A stretch of 64,000 bases of DNA, from NCBI GenBank assembly GCA_028534125.1, contig CM052816.1, forward strand, positions 88,476,001-88,540,000. The letters are read 5' to 3'. A model generated the notes under the pieces. It made no database searches. It saw only the letters and a list, made by a program, of their open reading frames with translations, and was not told where the DNA came from. Of this stretch, positions 50,591 through 64,000 are shown in pieces. Positions within the stretch are counted from its first letter, which is position 1, and each line of letters starts with the position of its first letter. Made by a program: the position numbers and the translations under genes. This DNA comes from Lama glama. Taxonomy: Eukaryota.

Positions 50591-52075
50591 TGCTAGACAC
50601 AAGCAAACTAAGAATTATTATGTCTTCCTAGTGAATTGATTCCTTTATTTTTATGTAATACCCTCTTTATCCCTGACAGTTTTCATTGCTTTGAAGTCTA
50701 CCATGTCTGAAATTAATATAGCTACTCCTGCTGTCATTTGATTACTATTAGCATGACATATTTCTTCATGAATTTACGTTTAATCTATAAATGTGTTTAT
50801 ATTTAACGTGAGTTTTCTGTAAAGGATGAATAGTTAGATCTTGTCTTTTGATCCACTCTGGAAATCTCTATCTTTTAATTCATGCATTTAGACCATTGAC
50901 ATTCAAAGTGTGCTAATGTAGTTGGATTAATATCTACTATATTGATTACTTTTTTCTATTTGTTGCCCTTCTTTGTCCCTATTTCTGTCTTCCACTATTT
51001 TTCTGCCTTTGTGGTTTGAATTGAGCATTTTTTATGATTATATTTTTTCTTTTCTTAGGAAGTAGGATATACTTTTTTAAAAATTTTTGTAGTGATTGCC
51101 CTAGAGTTTGCAATACACATATACACCTAATTCAAGTCCATCTTCAAACACTATACCATTTCACAGTAATGTGAGTATCTAATGTTAATAAAATCATTCT
51201 AATTCTTTCCTCCTGAACCTTAAGTCTTTACTGTCATTCATTCTATTTATATTTAGAAATTCATAGGCATTAATTGAATGATATATACATAAGTTTGCAT
51301 AATTCATCCATTGTTGGTATTATTTTGAGTAAACTATTATGTTAGATCAATTATGAGAAGAATTAGTTCTTTAAAATTTTACTGTAGCTTATTCCTTCTT
51401 TGACGCTGTTCTTTACTTTATGTAGATCTGAATTTTTGACCATAGTATTTTTCTTTCCTTCACTTTTTTTTTTTAATATTTCTTGCCAGGTAGGTCCACT
51501 GACAACAAATTCTCTTAATTTTTGTTTGTGAGAGAAAGTCTTTATTTCTCCTTCATTTTTGAAGGCTAATTTCACTGAGTACAGGTTTCTAGATTGATGG
51601 ATTTTTCTCTCAACATTTATATAATTAATTTTTATCTCAAAATTTAAATATTTCACTTTATTCTCTTCTTGCTTGCATGGTTTCTGAGAAGATTCAGATG
51701 TAATTCTTATATTTGTCCCTCTATAGGTAACATGCTCCCCCCTAAACCCAGCTTCTTTCAGGACTTTTTCTTAATTTTGATTTTCTCTATTTTGAACATG
51801 ATATACTGTGATTTGGGGTGGGGGGCATTTATTATGCCTGATATTCTCTGAGCTTACTGTATCTGTGGTTTGGTATATGACATGAATTTGGGGGAAATTC
51901 TCAGTTACTATTATTTCAAATATTTCCATTGCTCCTTCTTTTCTTTCTTCTCCTTCTGGTATCCCCATTACATAGGCTAAAGCTTATGTAGTCTTCCCAC
52001 AATTCTTGGATAGCCTGTTCCCCCTTCCCCCACAGTGTTTTTTCTCTTTGCTTTTCAGTTTTTGAGAGTCTACTG
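50590..52075 (-). mobile_element. Old L1 (L1M4/L1MD-like): ORF1 C-terminal half, inter-ORF region and ORF2 endonuclease start
   Basis: ORF1 remnants GIPEGEERKEGAMEIFEIIVTENFPQI (ORF 51771-51968) and LYSVKLAFKNEGEIKTFSHKQKLREFV (ORF 51363-51656). ORF2 EN motif TLNVNGLN at about 50886-50909. Confidence 0.9.
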
Positions 52076-55000
52076 AGGCATACTGTCATTTGCTGTTACA
52101 CAGTAGCTGACATAGTGAGAAGGCAATGATGGTTTATTCTGCAAAGTGACTGGTTATAATGTTAGAATTTTCTTAAATGATAGGGAATTGGATGGTGGTT
52201 GCCTCATATCAATTTTGGCAAACAGTTTAAGATTTGCTTATGATTTCCAAAGGCATAAGCAAGAAATGGCCCACAGCAAGTTAGTCTTGCAAAATAAGCT
52301 AAATTAAGCTTTGCTTCTATGACTAAACTGATTTTGTCTGCTTAGGGAATTTTCAAGGCTGTTCTTCATTTGTTTTTTATTTTAATGGAAATAAGAAGCC
52401 CCATAAAGTCTTAAAAGTCATGCATATTTATGAATTGATATTTAGTAAAATACCACTTTGTTTTAGGTCCATTCTCTGTGAGAAATTATTAATTCTGACA
52501 AAAGATTACATAGTATTTATCATAATATAATGGCAAATACATTTTGCAACTAAACATTATTAAATGAATATAGAGCACTTGCTCTGGATGGAGAGATTAA
52601 ATTAGACACTAGTTGAAAATCCTTGACATCTTAATATTTTAAATCTAAATTTACTTTAATAGATAAGTCTTAGAATTACTCTGAATAAGATTAAAGATAG
52701 AATTTTTGTTGCCAATATTAAACTGCATACATTGATTTAGGACTTAAAATAAGTATAAAACACACAATTCCTACAGCAAAAATTGATGATAGCATGTAGA
52801 ATGTATTTAATTATAGGTTGTATATTCTTCTTTAGATGCTTAGTTACAAAGTTGGAGGGTAATATTTTGTACAAAGTTACTCTCATATTAAAAATACATA
52901 AAGGCAGGTCAACTCTTCTCAAGAGAGTATTTGACCACTTTCTTAAGTTAGAGATGAAAGAACCCAGTTATGCTTGATGTCAAGCTGCAGAGCAACCCTA
53001 AGGCGACTGAAGGACCCGCTTCCTGGGACGCTGCGTTTCCAGCTCATTCTAAGTCTTGCAAGAGGACGGGTTTCAAGACCCACATCTATTTGAATAAATA
53101 GGCTACCTGGAAGGCCATTCTTCATTTAAATTCAGTTGAAATTATGTGGAACTTTAATATAGGATCAGCTACGTGACTGCTGTGTTTATGTTCTCTTTGT
53201 TTCCCTCCCTTTCTTTTTACATTTTTCACTTTTACTACTCCTGTACAAATGATTAAAAAATAATACATTTCAGAATTTTTATGATTCAGTTTAAACAGCT
53301 TAGCTTTTTCCAGTTCTAATACTGGTGTCTCCACCCCTGTCATCCATGCCAGCATTCATGACAAAGCTCACCCTCTGACACTACACTGCTGCCACTGTGT
53401 ACCACAGGACTGCAAGTTCCCACAGCCTTCCAAGGTCAGCCATAAGGTTTGGTCATCCCAAGATTTATGATTTATGAACTTATGACGCTAGAAATAATCA
53501 TTTAATAGGGACAAACAACTATATATAATCATAGTGACACAAAGAAATAGATATGTTTTAGCACAGCTGCATAGATTACAAACTACAGAAATTTATATTG
53601 TATGTTAAGATGTTGTTGCATTATCTTGTATCTACTTGTATCTTCACTGCGTTAAACTTTTGAGTATGCTGTAATTATGTATTTGCAATATACAATATTT
53701 CTTAAAATAATTTCTCACTATGTATTAAACTATATTAAGAAAGTAACTTTGTGAAATAAAACTAAGCTGTCCATATTAATAGCAGATGCCAAATCGAATA
53801 ACTACATGCTTTGATATTTTCAAAAATTTTAACTCAGAGTAATTTAAAAATTTTTTGAATATCAAATCTAGAAAATAATCAGGGGAAATAATATTAATGA
53901 TTGAAATGTTATGACTTTTATGTCACATTCCTGAAATATTTTTAGCCATGATTTTCTTCTGAAGCTAGATGTGCTAACTCTGTCATTGGAAATATTGAAT
54001 GAAACTGACAAGTGTACAGGAGGGAGCATATTTTTAAAGACACAAGAAAACTACTTTACCGGTAATACTGAGTTGAAAAATTGAAATGATTATTGTCTCT
54101 GAGAGCTAAATCCAGATGATTTGCAGTATCCCATAAATGTATGATGTTGTTGGTTCTATTTATAAAATGTACCATTTGACTCACTTTCTTTATGGTATTT
54201 ATATCCTTGTGGCTACACTTTTATAAAGCAATTTTTATGAAAGCTGTGAAAAAGTCTTTAAAATTTTTTTCAATCATAAACTTTAAAAAGGTGGCAGCAC
54301 ACAGGTTGAGTTTTATAAAAGAATTCACATAGAAAATTGTAATTTTCTCCTATTCAGTATGTTGTGGTAAATTCCAAGGAAAGATGTATTCATTCCTATT
54401 TTTTTTAAATTGACTTATTTTCATAATTAAGCGTTTTTAATGTTACATATACTCATTGCTTTTAGGAACAAAACAAGGACCAAAATGGTTTTCCATACTA
54501 AGTAAATGTTATTTCACATACAGCTTTCTAATTCTTTTTTCTTAATGTCTCCTGGATTTCAACACCACTAAAGTAAATTAAAATCAAGGAAAAATAATAT
54601 AATCAAGACTGTGCAATTTTTTTACCTGTCATTCGTTGATATACAGCATAACCCCCCAACCTTCTGGACACAAAGGGAGAAAATTCTTCTCTCAATTCCT
54701 TTCACCGACACTTTAGGTACAGTCAAAAATTTCATAAAGAGAAGCATCCTTCCTAACAGCTCCTTCTTTCATGAAACTATAATAACAAGAGACAAGCTTG
54801 GCTAGGCACCTATGAGAATTTAAATAGCCTCTCCCCATTTTGGTCACTTTATTATGCCCACAACTGAGAATCAATTTCCCAATTGGAGGGAAAATAAAAA
54901 ACCCTGACTGAAAAGGACATTGACAACAAAACCAAACAAAACTAAAACAATCTGGGAAAACATATGCTGAGGGCTTTCTTCTAAGCCATTCTCAGTTGAG

Positions 55001-58000
55001 AGCGTGCATCACACTTCTTGGGAAAAAGAGGATCCAAGTTATACTATACAATTTTTTTCTGATTATTCTCAACCTACAAGGAAAAACAAAGGATATTTTG
55101 CCCTACAAACAAATTAGGGTTATATAAAGAAATTCAAAATGAAATCTATGTTTGAATATTAGAGTTTAAGACAAAATACTCTGTTGGTTTCAAAATGACA
55201 GCCTTGTTTTCTTTCGCTCAAATAAACATAAGGCCACATATCGCTCTGTCTTTAGGCATCTCAAAGCTAAGCATTCAGCTTTTTAAGTTATGAAGAGAGA
55301 TAATTAAAATCTTAGGAGAATGTAGTGAAATATTTTGGAAGAATGCAGCTACCAAGATGTTTCCTGTAGCTGTAATTTCTGATGCAGCAATTATGAAGGT
55401 CTCCTTCTATAAATCTGAGAGGGTGTTTTGTTGTCTATCTTTCATTTTTTAAATAATAAGCAATTAGCTATTTAAAGTCATTTGAGATTTAAGAAAAATA
55501 CTACCCTTTAGGGAAGAAGCAAATACAAGACTTGTATCTAATGAAGATCAAGAAAACATAGCTTAGTTGTTTTTCCCCAGAACAACAACAAAGTCCCATG
55601 CTTCACCATCGTAGTTTACCCTGTTAATAACTATTTGTGATGCATTTCCTGTACTGAGAATGAACATTTCCATCTATTTATTAAAAATACTAAATGTTTA
55701 AGAATCCGGGGCCTTTATTCTGGGATTAAGCTATATATAATCAGAATAAAAAAATATATATTTAAAAAGAAGCAGACATATGGATATTTAAAATTAAAAA
55801 AAAAACTACAATAATCAGTTAAAACATAGTGCCACATCCACCAAAATATTCTAAATATTCTCATTTTAATATGAGTTAAGTTTATGTTATCTTATACAAG
55901 GCTTTTAAAGTATTTTTAGGAACTTATGCAATTCACTAGAAAATCAGGTAATGTAACAATCATCTCAATGGAAAATGTAGTTATGTGTAGATAAGTCTCC
56001 AAATATTTCTTTCCTAGTTTTAGTACATTCCAATTGTAGTCACAGTTCATTGCAACTTTAGTGAATGCTGCTCCAATTTCAAATAAAACAAAACCAACAA
56101 GTTTCAGATGATGAAAATGGGGTCAAAGTTTTATTACAAACACGTTGCCAGAAAGATAACTCTAGAGGCTACTTACAAGATCCTTTCTTCATAAGGATGT
56201 TAACAAAAGAAAAACTTTAGATAATGGCTGTTAAGATTAGAAACAGTGGAAAATATGTTTGAATAAAATAGTAATCCATGTGGTTGACAATTACTCGGGT
56301 TTGTCAGGCACTAGATTCCCAGAAGTCTTCTCCATACCATTAAATCTATCACAAAATTGCTTAGGCATTTTATCAGGAATGCAAAATTTTCCCCGTGAAT
56401 ATTATGCAATTTAGTATTTCCTAGATTTGATTTGGAACAAATTGTTTTATTTGTTTGCAACCTTGTAAACAGAGATAGGTAAAATGGCAGGAATCATTAA
56501 AGAACCATAGACACCTACACTCAGATTAAAGTTCCTTCTATGTGAACACACCCCTAGTCCAGGATGAAGGACCCAGGAACACGATCAGTTCTGACACTTA
56601 CTCTATTTAGTAGCTGCAAATACAGAATCTTCTACAGTAGGAAGAGTGCACTTCTGTTTCACAAATCCATTCAAATATTTCTCATAAACCATGACTAAGA
56701 AATAGTCTGCCTTTTTTAATAAAGAGTTACACCTCTAAGTATGTTGTAATCAAATAATACATGCAGTTTTCATTATTTGGGAATGCTTTATATATATATT
56801 TAATGAGCATATATATATATATGATCTTTTTTTTTTAAATTCCAATTCCAAGTTATAAAGAAAAAGGCTCATACTTGAAAGAGATACAATAAATATTTCT
56901 ATTAAAAATTTGTGTCTAAGTATTGATTTTAATTTAGATGTATTTTGTTGGCCATCCAATACAGAGTTGCTGTACTCCACTTATTACATTTAGAGATCAG
57001 TTTCCTTTTCTAGAATGGCACAAGAAAATTGGGAAAAGGGAACCATCTTTTCCATTCCATGATGTTGATTCCTGGGATTTCATTGTTGACGTGGGAGTGA
57101 TATGTTGGGAGGCAAGTGACTGCACCTCCTTGATGCTGCATTTTTCTCACCCTTGGCCATGCACACTTGGCCATTACAGTTCAGCCTATTAGGGCCACCA
57201 AACACTCAGACTGGTTGTAAACTTCCACTGTTGTTATTTCATCAGACCCTCCCTCCTCAGTTAACTTCAATATTTCTCTCTCAAATCATTCTCAGATCTG
57301 TCTCCTCCAACCCTTGAACCTCTTTCCCTTGATTGGCCTACATACTCATGGTTCTTCAGGGTATCACTGAAACACAAGGGCCTCGTACTCCCCATTCTAA
57401 CTCTGCCCTAGTCAATGTCCTTATCTGAGAACCCAGAGGCTTGCCCACAATTTTATGATGGGAAACAGAGAATAGGTCTCTCACTTCTTAACATTTACCA
57501 CAGCAGCAAGAACAAAACAGATTATTATTTTAAGAAATTATCTCAACAAAAAGTTTGTTTAGCATATGTACGCTTTCACTCTATTTTCTAGAAACTGGTG
57601 ACAATCCTGGTTTCTAGTAAATCATAGATTAGAATATGGATTTCTATACATATGCAAATAGAAGTTTGTCATATTAATATAAAGGAATAATCTCATTCCT
57701 TTGAGAATTCTCTATCTATACACATACATATACATATATATGTAAATTGACCTCAAAAATGAATAGGAGTAGATCCAGTCATATATTTTTTATTAATTTC
57801 ACCTTCAACATTGGCCTAATCTACTTTTGATTTTTTTCCCTTAAGTACACAGAATTCTAAAAAGATGATCTTTCAAATGATATAATTTGAATCACAGTAT
57901 AAAATAATAGTATTATTAAAGTTGACAGTGTTTTATAACTTCTGTTAACTCATTTTTTGAGTATCCTTAATGACACAAAAAACAAAACTGGTATATGTCA

Positions 58001-58514
58001 TGCCACTGAATTACATAATGCAGGTCATTTCTAACATTATTTAATAATGACATTTCTAAAACAAAACAAAACAACCTTTATTGCCAATTTGTATCTTTTT
58101 AAGTTCTATTTTACGCTATCAGAATAAATCATAGCTAAGATACAGATAACTATTTTTCATACTTCAACCATCTTCCTAACGATCTTTCCAACATTGTAGT
58201 CTCCACATCTGTGTTTCCATGGTGTTCCTGAAAAACTTAGATTTCCCACAGACCTGAAAACCTTAGTATTTTCCTGCCTCAAGCCTTTTTCTCTTCCCCT
58301 GTTTCTTTTCTATGTAAATCATATCCATCCATTTATTAACTTAGTTGTAAACCTGCCTTGCCTGTATTAGTAAACTGATTTTCATTCAGTTTAATTGGAT
58401 TCCCACTCTGTAGCCAGAGAAATCTTTCTCAAATGAAAATCTGGTATTACTACTTCTCTGGTTATCTCATTAATACGTGGTCAAGTCTAGCTCAAGGCCT
58501 GCAGGAATCATTTG

Positions 58515-58968
58515 CGATAGTTATGGTATAGGCTATTTTACTGTATTACATAGACCCCCAGAAAACAAACAAGTGGTAGCTTAAAAGACAGAAGTATATT
58601 TCACTTGATTCTGGTCCAGTCCTTTTTAAGGGTACTTGGTCCCTTTCATTATTCTGTCCAGATGTTTCTCAAAGTTTTCCCTTATTTGCATGATTTAAGC
58701 AAGTTTCAGAAAGGTGTCTCTATTCCTGATTGTGAAAAATGAAGGCAAGGAATTCTAGGGCCAACAGCTTTGATTGAAGGAAATCATCTGAAATTGCTCA
58801 TCTCTTTTCTCACATCCCATTGCCCCAAAGTCTCCCATAGATAACTAAAAGACACGAAAACAAGGAAATAGAGTCTTTAAATGGAAAGTCTAGCTAAAGA
58901 TTGGGTAATTCTCTACAAGAAAGAAGCAGAAAGTGGATATTCAAGGGTAGTTAGCAGTCTTCACCACA
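58515..58968 (-). mobile_element. Old MaLR LTR (MLT1K/L-like)
   Basis: GTAGCTTAAAAGACAGAAGTATATTTC...CTCACATCCCATTGCCC...GGATATTCAAGGGTAGTTAGCAGTCTTCACCACA. Confidence 0.65.
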
Positions 58969-60200
58969 CCGTCAAATTCAGCTCATTCTTGTTACTCTCA
59001 TAGTCTGTGTTTCAGCAATTGTGATTCATATTAATTTCCCCTAATTATCTTCACCTTCTTGATTTCTCATGTGGGTCATGCTCTCTTCTTCTGAACAATC
59101 CTATTTCCTACCATCAGTTTCTGTTACTTATAACCAGGGAACACTATCTAAATCATGGTGTCTTGGAAGGAAACGGTAAGGTCTTTAAAATTTATGATTT
59201 CCTTATATCTGTTGATTCCTTTATTCAACAACAACAACAAATCTTTCTTTTTTAAGACTTTTCCTCTCCAATAACTAAAGTATTTTTATTTATTGGTAAT
59301 TTTACAAATTATTATCAGAACGAACGTGAGAAGGACTTTCTTTTATTTTACCTCAAAGCTGAAGAGAATCTGGGTCTATGTTAGCCGGTCTTCTATCATG
59401 GCTGGAACACTTTGGTTATATTCTTCGATAAACTCTGTTCTAGATATTCTGGTATTTTCTTCTGGAATGAGCAGTTCTAACACTGGATCTCTATTTTCTG
59501 TATTTGAGAGGTTTTCCAGCACACATCCTTTTCTATCTATCCTTGCCACTTGGTTTTTACAGATTGTTCTTTCAATTTTATCTATCTCTATCCAGTTTAT
59601 GAAATTTTTTTCTTGAATTATAGTAAGATTTAAACATTTTTTGTCAAAAATTTACCTTCTTATTTCTCTGATAAAATATTTCCAGAGTTCTGTTCTTATT
59701 CTGATAATTCAAAATGACATTCTTCTCTTTTATTCAGTAGGATTTGGTCTATGGGCCTCAAATCACAATTTCTCCCTCTTTGCTTATAATTAATTGAAGC
59801 TTTGCTTGTGCCTTCCCAGTTTTTGCTAATAAATGGGTGTGCAATTACCATTGGAACCTCTTCCTATCAAATCACTGTTCAAATTACCCTCTTAAATATA
59901 CAGGGGAATTAGCAGACTGAAGTCCATAAATTGTAGCCCAGTATTCAGTGCCGGCAAACACTGACTATTACAGCTCTCTCTGCATCTGTCTTATCCCAGT
60001 AAATCCAGTTTCTGGCAACAAAAAGTAGATCATCTAAAATATTAAAATCCATAATCTTTACTTCTATGCAATTCCCTTTCAGTTCCCTAGACTTTAACAC
60101 AATCCTTTTCCATGAGGAATATTCTTTTCTGTGTGCGCCATGCCAAGGCTGCTCTCTGTATTTGACTATCTTCCAAGTTACTCCTCCAGATCCAGGGGAT

Positions 60201-60268
60201 GCACACACACACACACGTGCGCGCACAAGTATACACTCTCTCTCTCTCATGCTCATGCACATACACTT
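60201..60268. repeat. Compound (CA)n/(CG)/(CT)n simple repeat
   Basis: Directly visible. Confidence 0.85.
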
Positions 60269-60319
60269 ATAAGTAGACTCTCGCTGAGGGTCACAGTTTC
60301 TTCTTGGATATTTGAGAAA

Positions 60320-61285
60320 CATTCACAAATTACAATAAGCATTATTGAATACATACCATGTGCTAGGTACTGTTCAAGGTGATTTGAACACAGCAATGAA
60401 GATATTAGTCAAAGATTCTTTAATGACGTACATCCCAGTGGTCTGATAGAGACAATAAACATAACAAAGAAAATTGTAAAGCATGTGAGAAGGTAATACA
60501 GATTACAGAAACCACAGACTAGGGAATAAGAATTCTGAGGCTTTGTACATTCAAAGAGGCCAGTCAGTTTTATCTTGAAAAAGCCCAAACACAAACTGGA
60601 AGGATTTGAGAGAGGTATACATGCAGATATGGGGTAGGGGACTTTCCAGATGGAGGGGAAGACCAGTGCAAAGACATGGTGTACGAGAGAAAGAGGTAGC
60701 AGGTCGGTGAGGCTGATGTGAACAGAGGCAGAGACTAGAGATGACGTCAGAGAGAGAATGGGAGCTTATATTGCCCAGAGCCTTCTGGGTACTTGTTTTT
60801 TTGTTGTTTAATTCAGGGCTTGGTGCACTGGAGAGACATGATCTGACTTGTGGGTTCTCAGATCGCTCTGGCTGCTGTGCTGAGAATAGACAATAGGGGA
60901 TAAGGATGGGAACGATGGAATTATTCAGAAGACTAGTGCCAACAGTCCATACCAGAGATGATTAAAAATTCAATGCTTACACCAGGATGGAGTGAAAGAG
61001 GTGAAGCATGGTTGGATTCCTAATATACTTTGAAGGTAAAGATAACATGATTTCCTGAAATATTGAATGGAATGTTATGAAAGAAAAAGAGAAGTTAAAG
61101 ATGCTTCTAAGATTCTGAGATCAAATGACTAGAAGATTAAAGGAGCTGCTGTCACTGAAGTGAAGACGACTATAGACAGAAATAAGTTGGAGGAAACACC
61201 AGGAATTGACACTGGAGCATACTGAATTTAAAATCTTTATGAGACATTCATTGTAGGTAAATAGCTGATGAGTGAGAACAGAGTT
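60320..61285 (-). mobile_element. LINE-2 (L2a-like)
   Basis: TTATTGAATACATACCATGTGCTAGGTACTGTTC...GACATGATCTGACTT...GATCGCTCTGGCTGCTGTGCTGAGAATAGAC. Confidence 0.85.
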
Positions 61286-61291
61286 TATAAG

Positions 61292-61620
61292 CATCTTACC
61301 TAGCTCAGCCTACTGTAACAAAACATCACAGGCTGGATGTCTCAAACAATAGGAATGCATTTCTCACGGTCCTGGAGGCTAGATGTCCAAGGTCAAGGGG
61401 CCAACCATTCACTTCTCGGTGAAAGCCCTTTCCTCACTTTGGCAGCTTTCTCGCTGTGTCCCACGGGGCAGAGAGAGATTTCCCTTTTGTCTACGCTTAC
61501 AATCCTATGCAAATTCATAGCCTAATTCTCTCCCAAAGGCTCCATCTCCAAATAACATTACACTGGGGGCTACAGATTTAATATATGACTTTTGAGGAGA
61601 CATACTTCAGTTCACATCAA
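61292..61620 (-). mobile_element. MLT1A/MST-like MaLR LTR
   Basis: CTGTAACAAAACATCACAGGCTGG...TTTCTCACGGTCCTGGAGGCTAGATGTCCAAGGTCAAGG...CCCAAAGGCTCCATCTCCAAATAACATTACACTGGG. Confidence 0.88.
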
Positions 61621-61650
61621 TGAGTAAGGAAGGAGATATCATTTGAAGTT

Positions 61651-62215
61651 TGCAGTGGCTAATTCCCCAAGATGTCTGCCATTCCATGAACCACATCTGC
61701 CTGTGTTTATGCTCTTGGTTAGTCTCCTTCTCTTGAATCTGGGCTGATCTGTGACTCATTAATAATCAGTTGGATGTGGCCAAAGTGGTGGCGTATGCCT
61801 TGCAAGCCTAGATGAAGAGTCTTACAGCTTCCACTTGGGTTTGTTGTAACATTTGCTCTGGAGGAAGCCAGTTGCCATATAAGAAGTTCGACAAACTTGA
61901 GATTGTTATGTTGTGAAGTGCAAGGTTGCCACGTGGAGAGAAAGAAATGTCTGTATAGCCCCTAGTTGGCCCATCCATACCAGCCCAGACTCCAAAAATA
62001 TGAATGAAAAAGACATTTTGGAGGAAAAGCTTAATTAAGCCTTCAGATGACACCAAGCAGTCCTACAGGCAGCTCACTGCACCTGCATTAAAGATTCTGA
62101 AAGACAACTGTTTAGCTGAGTCCAGTCAGCCAGCCTGACCCTTGAGAGATAATAAATTATTTTTTAAACAGAATATTTTCAGTGATTTATTACATTCCAA
62201 AAGTCATCAGCATAC
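61651..62215 (+). mobile_element. MLT1H-like MaLR LTR
   Basis: CTTGAATCTGGGCTGATCTGTGACT...TTGCTCTGGAGGAAGCCAGTTGCCATATAAGAAGT...GAGAGATAATAAATTAT. Confidence 0.8.
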
Positions 62216-64000
62216 AGATAATACATAAATCCACACGTTGGGATGCAATCTCTAAGACAATAAATGCAAGAAATAAATCTACCTACGGAATTGGAATTTG
62301 GGCTGTGGAGTAGATGGAAGATGATGAGAGGAAATATAGATTGTCAATTACTATAAAAAGGTGTTTTATGACTATATTTATATGTGTTGAGGGTATCGCA
62401 CACATACTGTTGCCTTTCGTACAAACACTGCACATCAGCTGTATGAAAGAGGCATGTTTACATGAGATTTTCCATTGACAGATTCAAATCATAATCTGAT
62501 CTACTCAGCAGAAGCATGAAAAGTGCCCCAGAATTTGGAGAGCCTTAGTAAATGGCCCCAGTGGACCCCAAACTTCTTCCTTATACCTGCCCATTCATAA
62601 ACATTTTTGGCCAGAGAACATGGCTTTTCACAATTATGATGAATTCCATCCCTGCCAGTTTTCTCCATGTGCTCATCTCTCCTGTTTAAAGTAGGTTTTT
62701 TGGGTTTTCTTTTCTTTTAAACAGTGGAAAAGCAGATAATTTAAAGGGATGTGTATACACTTACAGGAAAGATTTCCTAAATTAGAATTAGCTGTTATGT
62801 GCCCCCAAAACAAAGAGGAACATTTACTTGAGTTTTATAGAGAAAGAAGGAAGTTCTACATGTATATACTTTTAAGGAATTTTAAGGAAATAAGAAAGTC
62901 TGAGCGAATGAAGGTGAGATTAATAAGAACAAAACTTAGAGTGGAAGGGAAAATTTTCAGAGAAGACAAAGATCTCAAAAATAATAATAAAATAAAGAAT
63001 ATGTAATTTATAATGAAGATGGAAATATTCAGTATGTCAGGGAGAAATATTAGAGAAGATGGTACAATAATACATGAATATCTTTTAAAAGTCTATCCAC
63101 TAATATGTAACATGTCAAATAAACATAACTAACATAAATTTCAAGTTCCACCTGTTTGTTATTACTGGGGAAACAAACCCAAACAAATAACCCTAACTTT
63201 TTGTGACATGATGCAATGAAAGGGCATTGTGCGTCTGATGGAAGATAGAGTAGAAAGAATCTAAGTGGAGCAGTATGTGTCATGACAATACAGGCCTACT
63301 TAGACATGCATGTGACTGACTGATGCTTGGGAAATGATACAGGGCATCAAGGTGAGAATAAGAGACGAAAAAAAAAGGAATAATACATCTAGAAAGCTGA
63401 AGAAATCATTCCTTTATTTGATGGAAGACTGAATTAACGACTAATATCTTGAATTCCTGCAATTTTTATAATGAAATGATAAATGCTTGGCAAATACATG
63501 GAAAGTTTAAGTTATAAAAAATCATTTGCATGCTAACTAAAAACCATATGCTGGTTAAAAAAAAACTAACAAATATGCAAGGTATACTTAGTTGTGATAA
63601 ATGTTTTGCGTCCCTTGATTACAATCTCAAGGGAATAATAAGTGAATAATAACAAATACATAATAAAACATGATGTGTGATTAGATGTGGTTCCTAAGCA
63701 AAAACATTTACAAAAATATTATATTTTACATTTTTAAAACTGGTTTTACTACTTTAAAATTAAAAGCTTCCCTATATTTTTCATTCGTGTAACCATTAAC
63801 AGTGTTCCTGTCTAAGTATATTTCACAATGATAATCAAGATTTCTCTACCTAATGCTGTTCCCATTACCAAATATAGTCCTTAATGTATTTTGTTATGCT
63901 TTTGGAAATCATTCATTTAAATTAGCTTCTACATATTTTAAGATATATTTAGCAAGAACATCCATTACAAAACCCTTTAAAATATAGTCTGTAACACAGA

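Noticed and set aside
59293..60382. ORFs of 68-125 aa
   Set aside because: Low-complexity or repeat-derived; no recognisable domain or splice support.
60742..60749. Perfect CRE TGACGTCA
   Set aside because: A single 8-mer inside an L2 remnant is insufficient evidence.
1..64000. CRISPR array, prokaryotic operon or host gene
   Set aside because: No regularly spaced repeat-spacer structure and no coding density. Every recognisable peptide is transposon-derived. Very small exons cannot be excluded without alignment or RNA data.

Overview
This is AT-rich (roughly one-third GC by eye), gene-poor mammalian DNA with one 500-N assembly gap (16491-16990). I cannot support any intact protein-coding exon, RNA gene, CpG island or CRISPR-like system. 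A tRNA-Ala(AGC)-derived SINE (Vic-1-like) and two young L1 3' ends sharing a lineage-specific 3' UTR suggest a camelid. The window is a layered transposon record: young and old L1s, L2, MIR, MaLR (MLT1) LTRs, ERV1 solo LTRs (two MER41-like), an ERVL internal region with its LTR, and a MER58 MITE. The most interesting signals are not labelled by the ORF track. (1) A Ty3/Gypsy-type pol fossil lies on the minus strand at about 25170-26360, with RT and RNase H motifs in the correct order, split by an L1. (2) A second ancient LTR-retroelement remnant has an RT N-terminus, a polypurine tract and a ~1.2 kb putative LTR at about 33440-36401. (3) The ERVL pol carries an out-of-order duplicated integrase segment. 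(4) The MER41-like LTRs carry STAT-type motifs. Family names come from recalled consensus similarity, not a database search. Boundaries of old repeats are approximate. I found no convincing previously undescribed biological system.
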